From Fimbriosthenelais zetlandica (lineage: Eukaryota): a stretch of 64,000 bases of DNA. Each line of letters begins with the position of its first letter. The first letter of the stretch is position 1. Below the pieces are notes generated by a model that was not told the DNA's origin, did not search any database, and was given only the letters and a program-made list of their open reading frames with translations. Location: the NCBI GenBank assembly GCA_977030845.1, contig OZ365112.1, forward strand, positions 14,074,001-14,138,000, in the 5' to 3' direction. Made by a program: the position numbers and the translations under genes. Shown piece after piece: positions 34,901-47,200 of this stretch.

Positions 34901-37900
34901 ATGACTTCATTTAACCGCCGTTTTATTACAACTTCTTAGCGATTCTTCTCTCAGGCCCAATTAGAATTCGTTCTTCTCTTTGCCTTTTATAAGTTCGTAA
35001 GTCACACTGTTCTGCGCAGTGGTATGATCGCCCGGTACAGCTGAGTAGTATGTAGTATAGGGAAATGTGAACTTGTGCCTGGAGCGTGTCCTTTGCGATT
35101 ACCTGCAAGATAGGAAAACCAGAATGCCTTTGAGAAACATAACTCAGAAACAATTTATCTCATCAAGTGTAATATGATAGCATACAAATGACCTGGAAAA
35201 TGGCAATCAGAGCCAAGAAAATAATAACGAGGTCGCATAAATTATGATGATTATCGCCGATGGGAAAATAATGATTATGGTTTTAAACTATTCATATTGC
35301 GTGCAAATGAGGGTCGCCATCTGAAAGAAATGTTAATTCCAAATTATGAGGAGAAAAGCACTATTGGTGGCCTTTAATTATTCATTTGATTAATTGTTTG
35401 ACAATTGATAGCCTCTCATAGTAAAGGTGATGAATGTTTATAAATATAGAATGGAATTTCATCACATTTACTGTTAATTGAAGAGATCAATTAGTTATAG
35501 GTTTGTAGTTAGTCAGGGATTTTATATAAAACACTAAAAGAATATGATCGTTATTTTACGATCACTCACTGTTACGGCCCGGACGCCTGACGGAGTGATT
35601 CAGCATTGCCACAAGGGAGTATAAACACTGTAAAACGCAATGCTTCTCACTTACCCAAGGAGAGTACTGTTCTATAAAACTCAGGTGGGTTATTGAATAG
35701 TAACTCATATTTTGTGTTTATGAGTTAATTATTGCACATCTTAAATTCGAATTCGGGTATGGCCCGCAGCAAATTTAAAATGTTTAACAGTGGAGATCCT
35801 AGTTGGGATATGAGCTTGGTTGCTAAGTACGTGATCGGTGTCAGAGAATTCTCAAGTTATATCAAATCCATCATCTTCTTCCCTTTCCTTTCTAATGCAG
35901 CTGAGCCCAGGAGTTCTTTTTTGTCAGATTTGCCAGGAAGATGGTGGAAAAGGAGGTGATGGATCGGAGTTACATACTATTGTAAATACATCAATGTAGG
36001 GCTAGAAGGCAGCTATACTAAATGGATGAGAATCAGCAGTGATGGATCGGGCCACACTGTCAAACCAACTGCCTTATAATGGCCTGTGTCTTTGAATTGG
36101 CCAGAAATGTAGAAATACCCACTAAAATATTGTTGCCTACATTCAACGCATGAACTTCCATTGCATGTCATCTGTCAGTATTTGTTTTGGGTAGTGGCTT
36201 CGCTTAGGCAAACACAGGAGTTGCAATGTATTCTTTGCAAAGCCTGAAAGATTATCCTCTTGGGTCAATTCCAGTGGATGAAATAACTAAAAATAAATAA
36301 TGGGTACCCAAGGGATAGACTCGAACTTTGATGGGCTTATACTATAATCACCTTATATTATATATTTAATGTTAGTTTGACGGAGATAATCAGGGCGTGT
36401 CAGTAAAGATATCTGAACCTCTAATTAAGATTAATATCATAAGTTAATCACTGTCATGTCCTTGCTCTATCTGTGCATAGAAACCAGGGACAATAGGATG
36501 GCAACCCTTATGGTCCAAAGTCAGATTTTATGGGTTTTCCATTCGATTAAAATGTAGCCGACCAAATATGGGTTATGACTAGCCCATAAGTTGTTGTCTT
36601 ACAAATTAAATGGTATGCATGGATGTCTAAAGAGGCTATCAGATCATAGTTCTTAGATTAGAGGAGTCCGTACGTAGGTCGACCGGCCAACCCTGAATAT
36701 TTTAGAGGTCATAAAGATAAAAAAAATCAATCCTCTATTTGTCATTGAGTCTCAGCAGGAGAACTGCAGATGAAATGTGAATGGTTTACAATTGCATTGA
36801 ATATAATAGCCTGACAACTACAATACCCCTAACTGTGCAGTGATGTGTGGGTTTTTGTTGTGTATACATTGGAAAAATAGGTGAACAAATCTGTGACAAT
36901 CTACTACTTGATAAGACCCTCAGAGCTATATCTGTAGTTTGAGGGATGCCGTCTTGATAGGATTGCCAGGTCGACCTCCCTTACATACATAGAGGGAGAG
37001 TGGCTTTTATCTTATACTGGTAGCTAGAGGCTGAGGTGGGGGAGGGATTGGGTAATGAGAATAATGTCTCTCTCATCATTCTATGAGACCCACTTTTCTA
37101 GTGGCAGTGATGAATGAGCAGACCACTTTACCTGGGGGTCCATCCTACTTTACCCAAGGTTCTCTCCATCCCTAGACTTAATCATACAATCCCAAGGCCA
37201 GTGTAATACATCATTTTGTCCATTTTTTCATGTTAGCTTTTCAGATATATGTACATTTATATTATGGACCGATGAGAGTGCTGGGGCTATCCCCAACCCC
37301 TATTTCTATGTGCCTAAACTAGTAGGATTCTATGACAATCTGCAAGGGAGTCATAACCCTATTTTGTGCAGTGGTAAAAGGCTAGCAAGAAAATAACATG
37401 TCCCACTATTTTTGTGGGTTTTCGGGTAATGTTCCATGTACTGATGTTATAGGAGATTACCGGAATAATCTATCATAAGGCAAGTACTCGGAGTTGGGAC
37501 CCCATTTCAATGTTTCTTGTCTGGGGCAAAGGACTACATGGGGCAGGAATGCTAAGACCGTTCGAAAGGTCGCGAACAAGTCCAAACCACTTGAGCCTAA
37601 AATGCGAATCGGACACTAAAGTTGTCATGGGAAATAAGATAAATGAATTGAAACAGAGAAGTAGGGTTATGGCTGAGTCACAAATGGGTTTACAAAACAA
37701 ACGTCCATTTGTCCAATCCTCAGAGCGCAAGAAATACTCCTCCCCTGGCCCCATTCCCCAAGCAGAACTCACACAAACGTGACCAAGATATCAAACCAAA
37801 TACATAGACTCTAAACCCTATTTACATAAAAGAGCTTGCTTTATAGTTCCCATGGTAACGAGATGCAGATTCCAAAGGGCTTGTGATCATCACTCTTTGC

Positions 37901-40900
37901 ATCCTCTGGTTTCAAATACTATTATTTACAAAGATGGGGTAATTATTCTCCGTTAATTATGGATGGAGGACTGTGGGGGATTTTTGTGAATATTTATAGG
38001 GTTATTTGTAATGGAGTGGAGAGAGATGGTCGTATAGCTGTGACAGGCCTGCGTTCCACAGTGATTGTCAATCGTTAGTAATGATTTTAATTATTCTTTT
38101 GTGTTGACTGGGTTTTAAAATGTCGCTAGGGGGATGAAATGCCTGTGATCGGACACATAGCAATGTTAATTAGAGCTTTAATTAAGCCCTTATTAGCGCC
38201 CCATAAGTGCCATACTACTCTACACTTTACCACTAACAGTGTGGGAGCATGTGTTCCTGGCCATGTCTACAAATTACACTCTTTTTCCGCACTTATTTTC
38301 CTAGAATGAATCATTTAAGACTTCAACATAATTTCATTGAAATCTTAGTGGCCGTTATAGAGATAAAGATTATCGTTATAAGGTGCCAGTCCTAGTCTTA
38401 TCCCCTCATCCCCTCGAGGCGATGTGTTGTAAATCGCTGTTAGCCAAATGAAGGTGAGAGGTTGCCATGCAACCTGTATACGCATGCGCGAACATGATCA
38501 ACGAGAAGGCGCATGCGCAGCGTGTAATTACGCAAAGGTTGTCGGGAAGTCTCGTTCGTCCGCGTGGTTCCGCGAGAGCTAACGAGAAGGAGCGACAATT
38601 AGTGAAGAAGAGGAAAGTTCAAAGGCGGGACAGTTTCAAGACAGTAGAGAGGGCTGGGTCGGGGCTATAAGGAGGCAAGCGGAAGGGGAAGGAGGAGGAG
38701 AGTGCAATGCATTGTGGAGCGGGTGGTTGGGTAGGGAGCGCCATTTTGATAACATTCCTATCAAGAGCTTGTCAAAAGCGATGTGTTCGTCACGCCATCT
38801 CTACCCTGACATTCATCATTCCAATATAGGCCTATGGTCAGTTCTCCGCTTTTGAGGACAAAGAGGTATACTCATATGGAAGAGACGGATTTGCTTTTGG
38901 TTTCGATTAAAGAATAGTAACGGGGTCTATGTAGGCCTACATACCCATCCTCGTTTCTCCAATCTGTTCATCCAATATCTCTCTTATCGAGGGTAGTAAG
39001 AGGGGTAGGCCTATAGGGATTGATATTGGATTTATACAGTATATAGAGAGGGGAAAATGTATAGCGTATGGAGTCTCACTGAGATGGGAGATGGCACCCT
39101 ATTGATTTAATTAATTCCAAACCCATTCACATTTTTCATCAACCCATTTACAAACATTCAATGCGTACCAATAGCGTACAAGTTGATTAAAAGCTGCACT
39201 TGCTAATAAAGAGAGACATGCATGCATGTCTGCTCGCCTCCCAATCCCAGCATAATCTCACCAGTGGCGGCATGCAGTTAGAGGCTCGCATTACTCGTTG
39301 AGAAATATGCATGAACAACAAATTCAACCACCTTGCATTATTCGTTAAAAAATTCTAAAACTCATTCATCAAATTTCCCCCTAAAGTGTATAAAACATGT
39401 CACTTCCTTGGGGAGATAACATTATTATGATGCTAAGTATTTTTCCAGATTTCCATGAAAATCTTTATTATTTTCAAGCAAAAGTTTTGAGCAAGTTTTA
39501 AGAAAATTGATTACTTTCCCCTGAAGGTCCTTATCTATGCAAGCTCATGCGCCTCACACTACCTCCCCTTGTGTGGTTTCCATAGTAATTAGCAACCACA
39601 GGTCTCAACCCTTTCTGTCGATTAGTCATCAATGATTTGGTCCCTATAACCCCATAGGGGTAGGGCCTCCTCCAGGGTGGGGGAGGCTGAGGTCAGGGAA
39701 GGGCAATAAGGGCCATACCCACCAGCTGTTGAGGGCAAAGTTGAAAAGGTCCTATGGAGAGGGGAGTGCTGGGGAGGCGGTACAGACATTGTCATTCACA
39801 TGCTGGAACCCATGTTTGGTGGTTGGGTTTGTATCCTAAAAGTGGGGAACGAACTGATCGAAAAAGCAAACTATAAAAATACTATAAAAAAGAAAAGGGC
39901 ATAAAATACAAATGAAATCTCAAATAGATATACGTATGAGTATGAAGGAGATATAATTATACAGAATAGTGAGAAAATACCTTCTGAGAGACTGAGAGAC
40001 TAGGTGGAGAGTGAGTGGGAGATTGAGATAGAGAATATAACTCCTTAGTGCATTTGCCCACTGGTTCCAGCAGACCACTCAAAGAGCTGCATTTTGCATG
40101 ATGGTCGTGATGGGAGCGGGTGGAGGTAAAACGTAGGGAAAATAAATATTTGACGAGCTCCCAAGTGAAGGTATTATTATACAATAGCAAATCCCTGCTG
40201 GGAACTGGCGGCTGACAGGCTCCGCATTTATTCTGATTCCTTCCTAACGACTGGGCGTGGGATATATGATGGCTGGGTCAAATGTCAGGTAAAAAAGAGT
40301 TAAAATGAAGGAAAGAAATGTTGATTTCAGGAACAGTACCTAACAATCTAGCATAACGAAAATGTTTCCTCGATTTTTTTTTCAAGAACTAAAAATGCTA
40401 TGAATCCTCAGACTCCCCTTGGTTATAATTGCAGATCAAAAACGTCCACCATCTGGTAACTTATGGAGAATAAAGATCAGGTAAGTAATTATTTTTTTTT
40501 GAAAATTTATGGGAATATTGCAATTACACAGGGCATTATAAATTAATTGTTAGCGGTGACCTTCATGCAGTAATCTGTTGATTACCAGCCTCACACTCCT
40601 GAGGTCCCACCCTCCTCTCTGTGGGGGGCCAGCCCTCCCCACATGACCCGGGTCACGTGGAGTGTCACATGACGTGTCACATGATCTATGACTATCACGT
40701 GACCTCTCGCCATGTGACCTGTAGGGAGAGCTGAGAGGTGGAGTGTGTATGGGGAGGAAAGCCCCCCTCGCCGGGTTCACACAGGGAAGGAAACCAAGCG
40801 TCAAAGGAATCATTACATTGACGCTTTTTAAATGAGTTTCGATCACCAATGACACCTTTGGCTCCGCCTGGCCGTGTCCAAGAATAACAGACCTGCTTAG

Positions 40901-43900
40901 AGCCTTAAATGAACCCTAATTTCTTGCTTCATGGACTTCTGAAAATAGACCCGGGGAAGGCTAATTTTGCTGGTGAGAAATATAACACTTGCCACAAACC
41001 TAATTGAAATATAAACTAAAAGTAAATTATACCAATTCTAACTGAATAAGGCAAATAACCCTTCAAGTTTACATTCATAAATTGAAGAAAATTACAATTA
41101 GCCTACTGTTAAAAATTGGCGACCAATGTACTTTTGAAGGAGCTGTCAACCCATGCAAATGTTCCCCTTTCGCAACAGGAAAAATGCAAAAAATACAGAC
41201 AAATTACAGAAAAAACGAATGGAATTAAGTTCTAATTATTATAAATCTAAAATAATAGATAGTTATCATGGGTCCATTAAATTAATGCTATAGTTAGATG
41301 TCGGAAAGCCTCCTTTCATTTTGACGATTAATGGAATTATCAAAGGTTTGAGGAAGACAAGCAGAGCCATGTTAAATGTCAGTAAATGTGTTATGTAAAT
41401 GCAGATGGTAGTCAATGATAGATAGACCAGGGCGATGACGCTTTGAAGTCAGGACGGCGCCGGGAGATGGGTTTTTGGTATTTAGGGTACTAGGGTTACA
41501 AGACGGGACAAGGCAGGGTGTAACGGGTACACCAACCCCATATACATGATATCAACGAATACATGCATAGAGTTTAATTCGGAATCACCCAGAAGAAACA
41601 TAAAGATATTGGTGATTTGCGTCTACGAGATGCTAATTGAGTTCTCTTTGATTTGGTATTCCCAATGGTGCTCGCGTTCCTCTTTTACTCGGCCCTTTTA
41701 TCTCCATCGATATTTTCTCTGACCTTGGGGTTAAGCAGTTAGTGCGCGTGCTTGGGGATAGGGGGCAGTGGGATAGATTCGGGTTGTGTGTGAGTGGTGG
41801 TGGTGTGTGGGTTGGTTGGTTGGAAGGTTGCCAGGCCAGAGAGAGGGAGGGTTTGTGGGTTTGAGGGTGGAGGAGAGTGGGTATAGAGTGCATGCGTGGC
41901 ATGCTGTAGGCTTGCTCCTGGGGATAGTGAGAGGTTGTGGTGAGGGAAGTGGTGGCTTTAGGGCAAGCTGAGAGGAGGGGAAGAAAATACTAAATAACAT
42001 CGTCCACTCTTGTCCAGTACCCGTTAACAAATCTTTTTAAACCCAAAAATGAAATGAATCTATATATTAAAGAAAATATTTGAATGATAAATCGCGTATT
42101 CAGGTCTGCACAGACGCAAGATGCAACCTGTCAAAGGATTGGGGAAGTAATATATGGGAAAAGAAAGATGTTTAATATCGGGTGGCGGGGAGGCAGTGTG
42201 TGAGAGGGGAGCCACTACCCCATACCAAACGATCAGGCTGCTCCTATAGGCACAGAAATAGATTGCCTGTAATCCTAGATAAACGAATTCTGAACAGCTA
42301 AATGATTTTCAATATGCTCGGTCAAATCTCGCCAGTAAAACGAGAATGGTGGAGACATCTGAAAAGCCGATCAGTTACCACGCCTGGGCGAAATAAGAAG
42401 AAAAGATGTATTTTGGTTTTGTCTTATTCTCAGATAATCGTGCTGAGAAGGCATAAATAACCACTGCTTGATGTCAGAGAGGATGATATATCTTCCCCTG
42501 CTGAGAGGGTGGGAAAGAGGAGGGGGGAAGAAGTTGGGGAATGATGCACCCAGGGGTTCGACACAGCGAAATGCAAGTCGCGTTTAACGAGACTTTGACG
42601 AGATTTAACGGTTTCGTGACAAGAACGAGGATTGGAGGGAGCACGGAATGGTCCGACAGTTTTCTTGACAATTTAGTCAGAATTTACTGTTGATCTAGCG
42701 CCATCTACGCCATTCACGGCATTTCACATTAGAAAAAATACCCGTATGTGTCTGGAACATGTGACCAGACAAAGCGATGATGGATAAATATGGACATTCG
42801 TTAAAATGATAATTATACCTTCTCACATGCACAAAGACAACAATATGCAGCAATTGCAGAAAATGTTAAGCAATTTACTGATTTTTGTGTCTGAGTCGGC
42901 ATGGAAAAGCTTCCTTCTTTTGATTTTTTTTCAACAGGGGAAGACATTACTATGGCGACTCAATGGAGGCGCCATAAATGTCAGCATGTAATGATTGGAA
43001 ATGAAGCTATCTGACATTCATTGGTGACATTTACGAGTTTCTGTCCTTCACGGCTTGTTGGACTCGGAATTGTAACAGGAAGAATGATGATGCTCCTCAC
43101 ACCTACCCGCCCCTAGCGACACTCGCCGGCACGACACGGTGGGTCAGTCCCTCCTTGGCGAGTTTGGAAGAAAGAAGTCCATAGGTCAATGTATTGATCC
43201 GCACTAAAAAGAAGTTCATCGACTACTGCATTTGAAAATGTCGTCGGCGTATTTGCCTGCCTTTCCGGCGTCAAGTCGCGGGTGACATGACGTAGATTGG
43301 CTCTCATGTCGCTCTGATTTGTTGTCGCGGGAGTTTAAAATACGCGCTTTTAGGCGGCGGGCGATCAATCGGTCACTGTGCATGTCCCTCAGCTCTACGG
43401 GCGGGGCAGAATGGATCGATGGGATTCGATTAATTCAGACAATAATAGATCGTCAAAGAGGGCCTTTTTCGTGATGTTGATACCAAATATAAATGAACGA
43501 GTTCTCATATCATTCATCTTGCCCAAACAATGTGTGATTTACACCCCTCCGTTAGGGCTTTTATCCCCATATATACATTTCAGCCAACATGTTTTCAGTT
43601 GACGAACATATCCATCAAATTCGATCTTTCATGATTTATATTCCCATCTTCATCCTCATTTTTCAGCCCCGAAAGATCAATCTTCTTGACTTTCTAATTG
43701 TTTGTTTTGCCTGCATGATATTGAGGCTCTTCATCATACGATCTAAATCAGAGCCTCTCTATAGGGGTAGTGATTTATTTCTGACAGCAGGCTTAATCGA
43801 AATGTTTCACTTCTTTATCAAACCGAGATTTGAAGCAAAAGAGAAACATGTCCTTGGGAATATAGTCTTGTCAATGGTGCATAAGGAAGTTTTAAGAAAG

Positions 43901-44159
43901 TTAGCTTCCATTTTTATCATTCGTTGGCCTTTGTCATTGAAAACCAGAGTGCATGCGTGCACTTTCAGCAATCCCCTTTGAATTCTCCTAAAATCCTTGT
44001 GCTGTCAACACCTTCAACCCCAACCCCTACATTACCCCCTCCCCCCCCGTTTGACTGATTTTTGGCAAGCCTCACCAAAGTATCAGCATGTCAGTAGTGT
44101 ATACAACAACAGAGAGCCCCCAGAGAAGCCCCAAAATGCTGTCAGCAGAAGCAAAAGCG

Positions 44160-44240
44160 ATGGCTGTTGGTCATTCAAGCATTGTCCCTCTCCCAAACGA
44201 CCCGGGTTTGATATCTCTGGACAGTTTCCCACCGTTACAT
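44160..44240 (+). mobile_element. Possible degenerate tRNA-derived SINE head
   Basis: gatggctgttggt (A-box-like) ... gacccgggtttgatatc (B-box/T-arm-like, cf. GACCCGGGTTCGATTCC). Weak; no cloverleaf can be built. Confidence 0.2.
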
Positions 44241-47200
44241 CCATCACTGTCAGTGGAGAGTGAAGGGTCAGAGCTGGCGATGAAAACCCCAGACTTTTGC
44301 TTCAGCCGATTCTCATCGATCTTGTCATTGGTCTGAAAGCCCTCAGGGTCCTACCCCAGACATTGGGTCTGCTGGCTATGTCAAAAATTACACCTCGTGT
44401 GTATCGTCTCCCTCATCTCGAGTGACGCTCGAGTGATGGATCTTTTTCTGAGGGATACACAACTAAAGACCATACACACCCTCCCTAACAGACCCGTCCT
44501 CACATGCATGAATAGCTTTCCCTGGTGTTTATCCAAGGTTCCTCCTATTTTGGGCTTGAGATAACAGGTGGGGCTGCAACAAAGATGGGGTGCCCGCCCC
44601 CACTGGTCTCCTAACCTCCACACTACAATTATCAATAGAGTTTGTGTTTAATCAGATGTGCCTTTCATTGATAGGACCCCCTCCCCCTGCCAACCCCCAC
44701 GTCCAATATGACCATCACACATGCCACCTGGTCCTATATTCAATATTATAGAGAAATACCCCCCCCCCCTGAAATTCAACAGATAGTGCTGCACATCTGT
44801 GTCATATTATCTAAAACCTGACCACTTCAAATCAGACACACACTGTCGCAGCGTCCCATAGAGTTCTATTTAGACCTCACAGTAATAGACACCTCACTGC
44901 CATTGGTTCTAACAAGTGCGTCCAGTGAGGGGGCACAATGCTAATTGGTCCCCTTTCTCAATGCACTATTGTTAGATATCAGTCTCGTATAAAAAGACTC
45001 GCAGGTGATTGGGTCAAAAGTTGAAGATTCTCAAGAGGCTCCGGACAGCTGCGACTTCTCTGTAACGGATCGTATGACTGTCTCAACTTGACCCTTACCA
45101 GACTTTAAGTAAAGTTAAACAGACGTTAAACGAACTCAATCCAGTGTAAGGTTTCACGGTTTGTGTAGTTGTAAAATATGGAACATTTATAAATGTCACT
45201 ATCAATTACAACTAAATTGTTACTCCAAATAATCTCTGCAACGTTACTATTACACATGGCAATTGCATTGATTCTTTTAAACGAAATGATGACCTTTTCC
45301 TGTATAATTCATATAGGAACCTATTGAAATAAACCCCAAAATTAATAATCCATTAAGTCCTTTATTGCTGTTATTTCGATGAATTTAACTACTATTCATT
45401 ATCACAGTATCAGTAAAATCTCAGCATCGGACTAGTGATAGCAATCTAACGGTAGTAAACAAAAGCCAAGGCTCAACAGCTTCAAAGGCTCGAACCCCTC
45501 ATTGATATAAACACCCATCACATGGAAATATCACAAAATGGACATTCTGTCCACCCTGCCTTGACCGCTTGACCAGATCAAGGGATTGGATGGCTGTAAG
45601 ATGCATTGGTCAGCAGCCACCCATGGATTGAGCGTGATGTCAGAGATGACCAGATAAGGGTTGAGATGGATGGGTCAGCTTGTCCAGTGAGGGGTCAGTT
45701 TATTTGTGTAGCGGGCCCAGCGTGGCCGAGGTGTCACAGATATGGCATCATTGATCACTATTGGAATATAACCTCATTTCAGAGTGAGAGGTCAAATACT
45801 CTTAATGGATGAGAGTCATGGACTCAAATGGCAGAATACCGACAGAAAATTCGATGAATGATATACTTCAGCAGACTCTCATATTAATTTATAATAACCC
45901 AATATCCCACGTTCATACGACATGAAGTGAATATAATATTTATTTTTAAATATTCATTAAAAATCAGTGAATTATGATTTAAAACCCCAATCGAATTCAA
46001 AGCTTTCAATGAAGAAAGTGCTCCAACAAATGGTTGTACACGTCTGGTAGCCATTCATTGTGAGAAGGGGTGAGGGATATTTGATGGTCTCACACGTTGT
46101 TAGGGTCTATAGGGCTTACAATAACACTCTAATGGATACAAGAGTTGAGTAGGAGGGGTAAACTAAGGTCGTGGACTGGATGCCCTGACAGGAATATATA
46201 TTCCAGCTTGCACCTCTCCTTTGTAGATCACTCCTATAACATGTCTTCACTCATTTAAGATCCTTGACTGGTGGACAGAAGTGTTGTGATTGCGGGTGGG
46301 TGGACAATTTCGAGAAAAACCAGTTGCAAGTGGGAAGGACATGAAGGGAGGATGAGGAAAAGGTGATTGGAAGAGAGACCCGAAGATCAGAATATAACTT
46401 CACCAGGAAGGATATTGCTGAAAAATTCACAGAGAAGTATGTTTAGGTGGACTCAAGCTGGTTAAAAGGAAGCCGACGGTAGGAAAGCCATGAAGGAGAA
46501 CAGGGGAAAGGGAAAGGGAAGGGAAGGCACCCTGCAGTGGGCGTGAGAGTGGGAGGTAACAACCACACATACTCCCTCCATCCATCGCACACGTCAAACA
46601 AACCTCTTCTGATCCATCAATGTGGGGTGCCACATGGGGGTCAAGAAGCCCTATACCACATACCCCAGCCACCCGCCCAATGCTGAAAGCCCATAAGATA
46701 TGCCACTACAACAGGCGGCTTACCCAACATTTCCCTCTCCTTAGTTCATCCAGTACAAGACAATCACTCCCCATCCACTCCTCACTCTCACTCTGTCACA
46801 CTCCATAGATATCAGATGTACTATGATATCATTTTCATACATGCATGGCTTTTGTTTCTCTATCCCTGGCTCTAACTAAAGTTGACATGCAGAACGTGGC
46901 GAGGGTATGAGACCATCTACGCATGCGCTTATCATAATAGAAGATTGTTGCCCTCTAAAACACATCTTTCTGTACACTAGATCATAGCAAGTCTCTGACA
47001 TAGCCTGGCCTCTGCATATCTCCTCAGCGGTCAGAATTGATGGATGACCCGTCAGAAAGTAATGCAATCTCGCCCATGTGAGGGATTTAGAATGAACTCT
47101 GCCTGCATTTTTATATTCAATGGCATCTTATTACCCTCAACGAAATACACTCCTTTTATGGCAAAAATCCAACAGTAAAACACATATTGGTCTAGAATTA

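Noticed and set aside
40478-40486. Perfect splice donor CAG|GTAAGT
   Set aside because: A given 9-mer is expected roughly once in 128 kb of both strands, and I found no matching acceptor or exon context.
44090-44350. Protein-like minus-strand frame (DPEGFQTNDKIDENRLKQKSGVF...)
   Set aside because: Short, interrupted by stops, lacks convincing splice sites and has no recognisable homology.
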